Positions 63,674 to 64,000 of a DNA stretch of 64,000 nt are shown here, in pieces. The stretch spans positions 62,001-126,000 of the forward strand of contig NIVC01002077.1 of the NCBI GenBank assembly GCA_002269645.1, given 5' to 3'. Each line of letters opens with the position of its first letter. Position 1 is the first letter of the stretch. This DNA comes from Macrostomum lignano. Its lineage: Eukaryota. The notes under the pieces were generated by a model, which saw only the letters and a list, made by a program, of their open reading frames with translations, did no database searches and was not told where the DNA came from. The translations under genes were made by a program, and so were the position numbers.

Positions 63674-63829
63674 GCGCAACCTTGGGATTCACCTGGCCAT
63701 TTCTATTGGCAACACACACATGTAAGTCGCTATTGGTTGAGAGCAGTCACGTGACTACTATTCTGTCCAATAGCGACTTACATGTGTGTGTTGCCAATAG
63801 AAATGGCCAGGTGAATTCCTAGGTTGCGC
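63674..63829. repeat. 156-bp near-perfect palindrome/hairpin (MITE-like)
   Basis: 63-bp arms (63674-63736 and 63767-63829) with 2 mismatches; the 30-nt loop is centred on AGTCACGTGACT. Confidence 0.93.
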
Positions 63830-64000
63830 CTAAGCATGTTCCTAATCATGGTTGGCAGACATCCAGTAGCATCTCAAAGAATTCCTCTAGAAAAAGGTGT
63901 AGGCCTACTATAGGGCCAACTTATAAAATCTAAATATACTAAATCTCTAAGTATATTTTCTAACATTATGTATTAAATTGGATCCTTTGAATAGACCTAA

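Overview
Eukaryotic (metazoan) genomic DNA. The GC-rich coding style, Gln/Ala/Ser low-complexity proteins and repeat-filled introns suggest an invertebrate such as the flatworm Macrostomum (inference, not checked). Four complete spliced genes could be assembled by hand with consistent intron phases. (1) + strand L-asparaginase/60-kDa lysophospholipase with ankyrin repeats (ASPG, 4311-6983, 4 exons, 607 aa). (2) + strand clan-7-like cytochrome P450 with an atypical I-helix and a shortened heme motif (15448-17292, 4 exons, 527 aa). (3) + strand GPI-anchored 3xIg + FN3 cell-surface protein of Klingon/Wrapper-like architecture (19232-45845, 9 exons, 562 aa). (4) - strand IQ-SEC7-PH Arf-GEF of the IQSEC/BRAG/schizo family (62100-51081, 5 exons, 768 aa, one GC-AG intron). 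Non-coding DNA holds about 30 distinct micro- and minisatellite arrays, and several introns are essentially a minimal intron plus one private array. Mobile DNA includes a deleted, frameshifted PIF/Harbinger element, tRNA-derived CORE-type SINE copies, two MITE-like inverted-repeat elements, a 3.25-kb TIR element inserted into a minisatellite, and a 156-bp near-perfect hairpin lying in an unusual CpG desert at the right end. There is no rRNA, true tRNA or CRISPR array, and most long ORFs in the track are repeat artefacts. All coordinates and counts are manual; no database searches were run.
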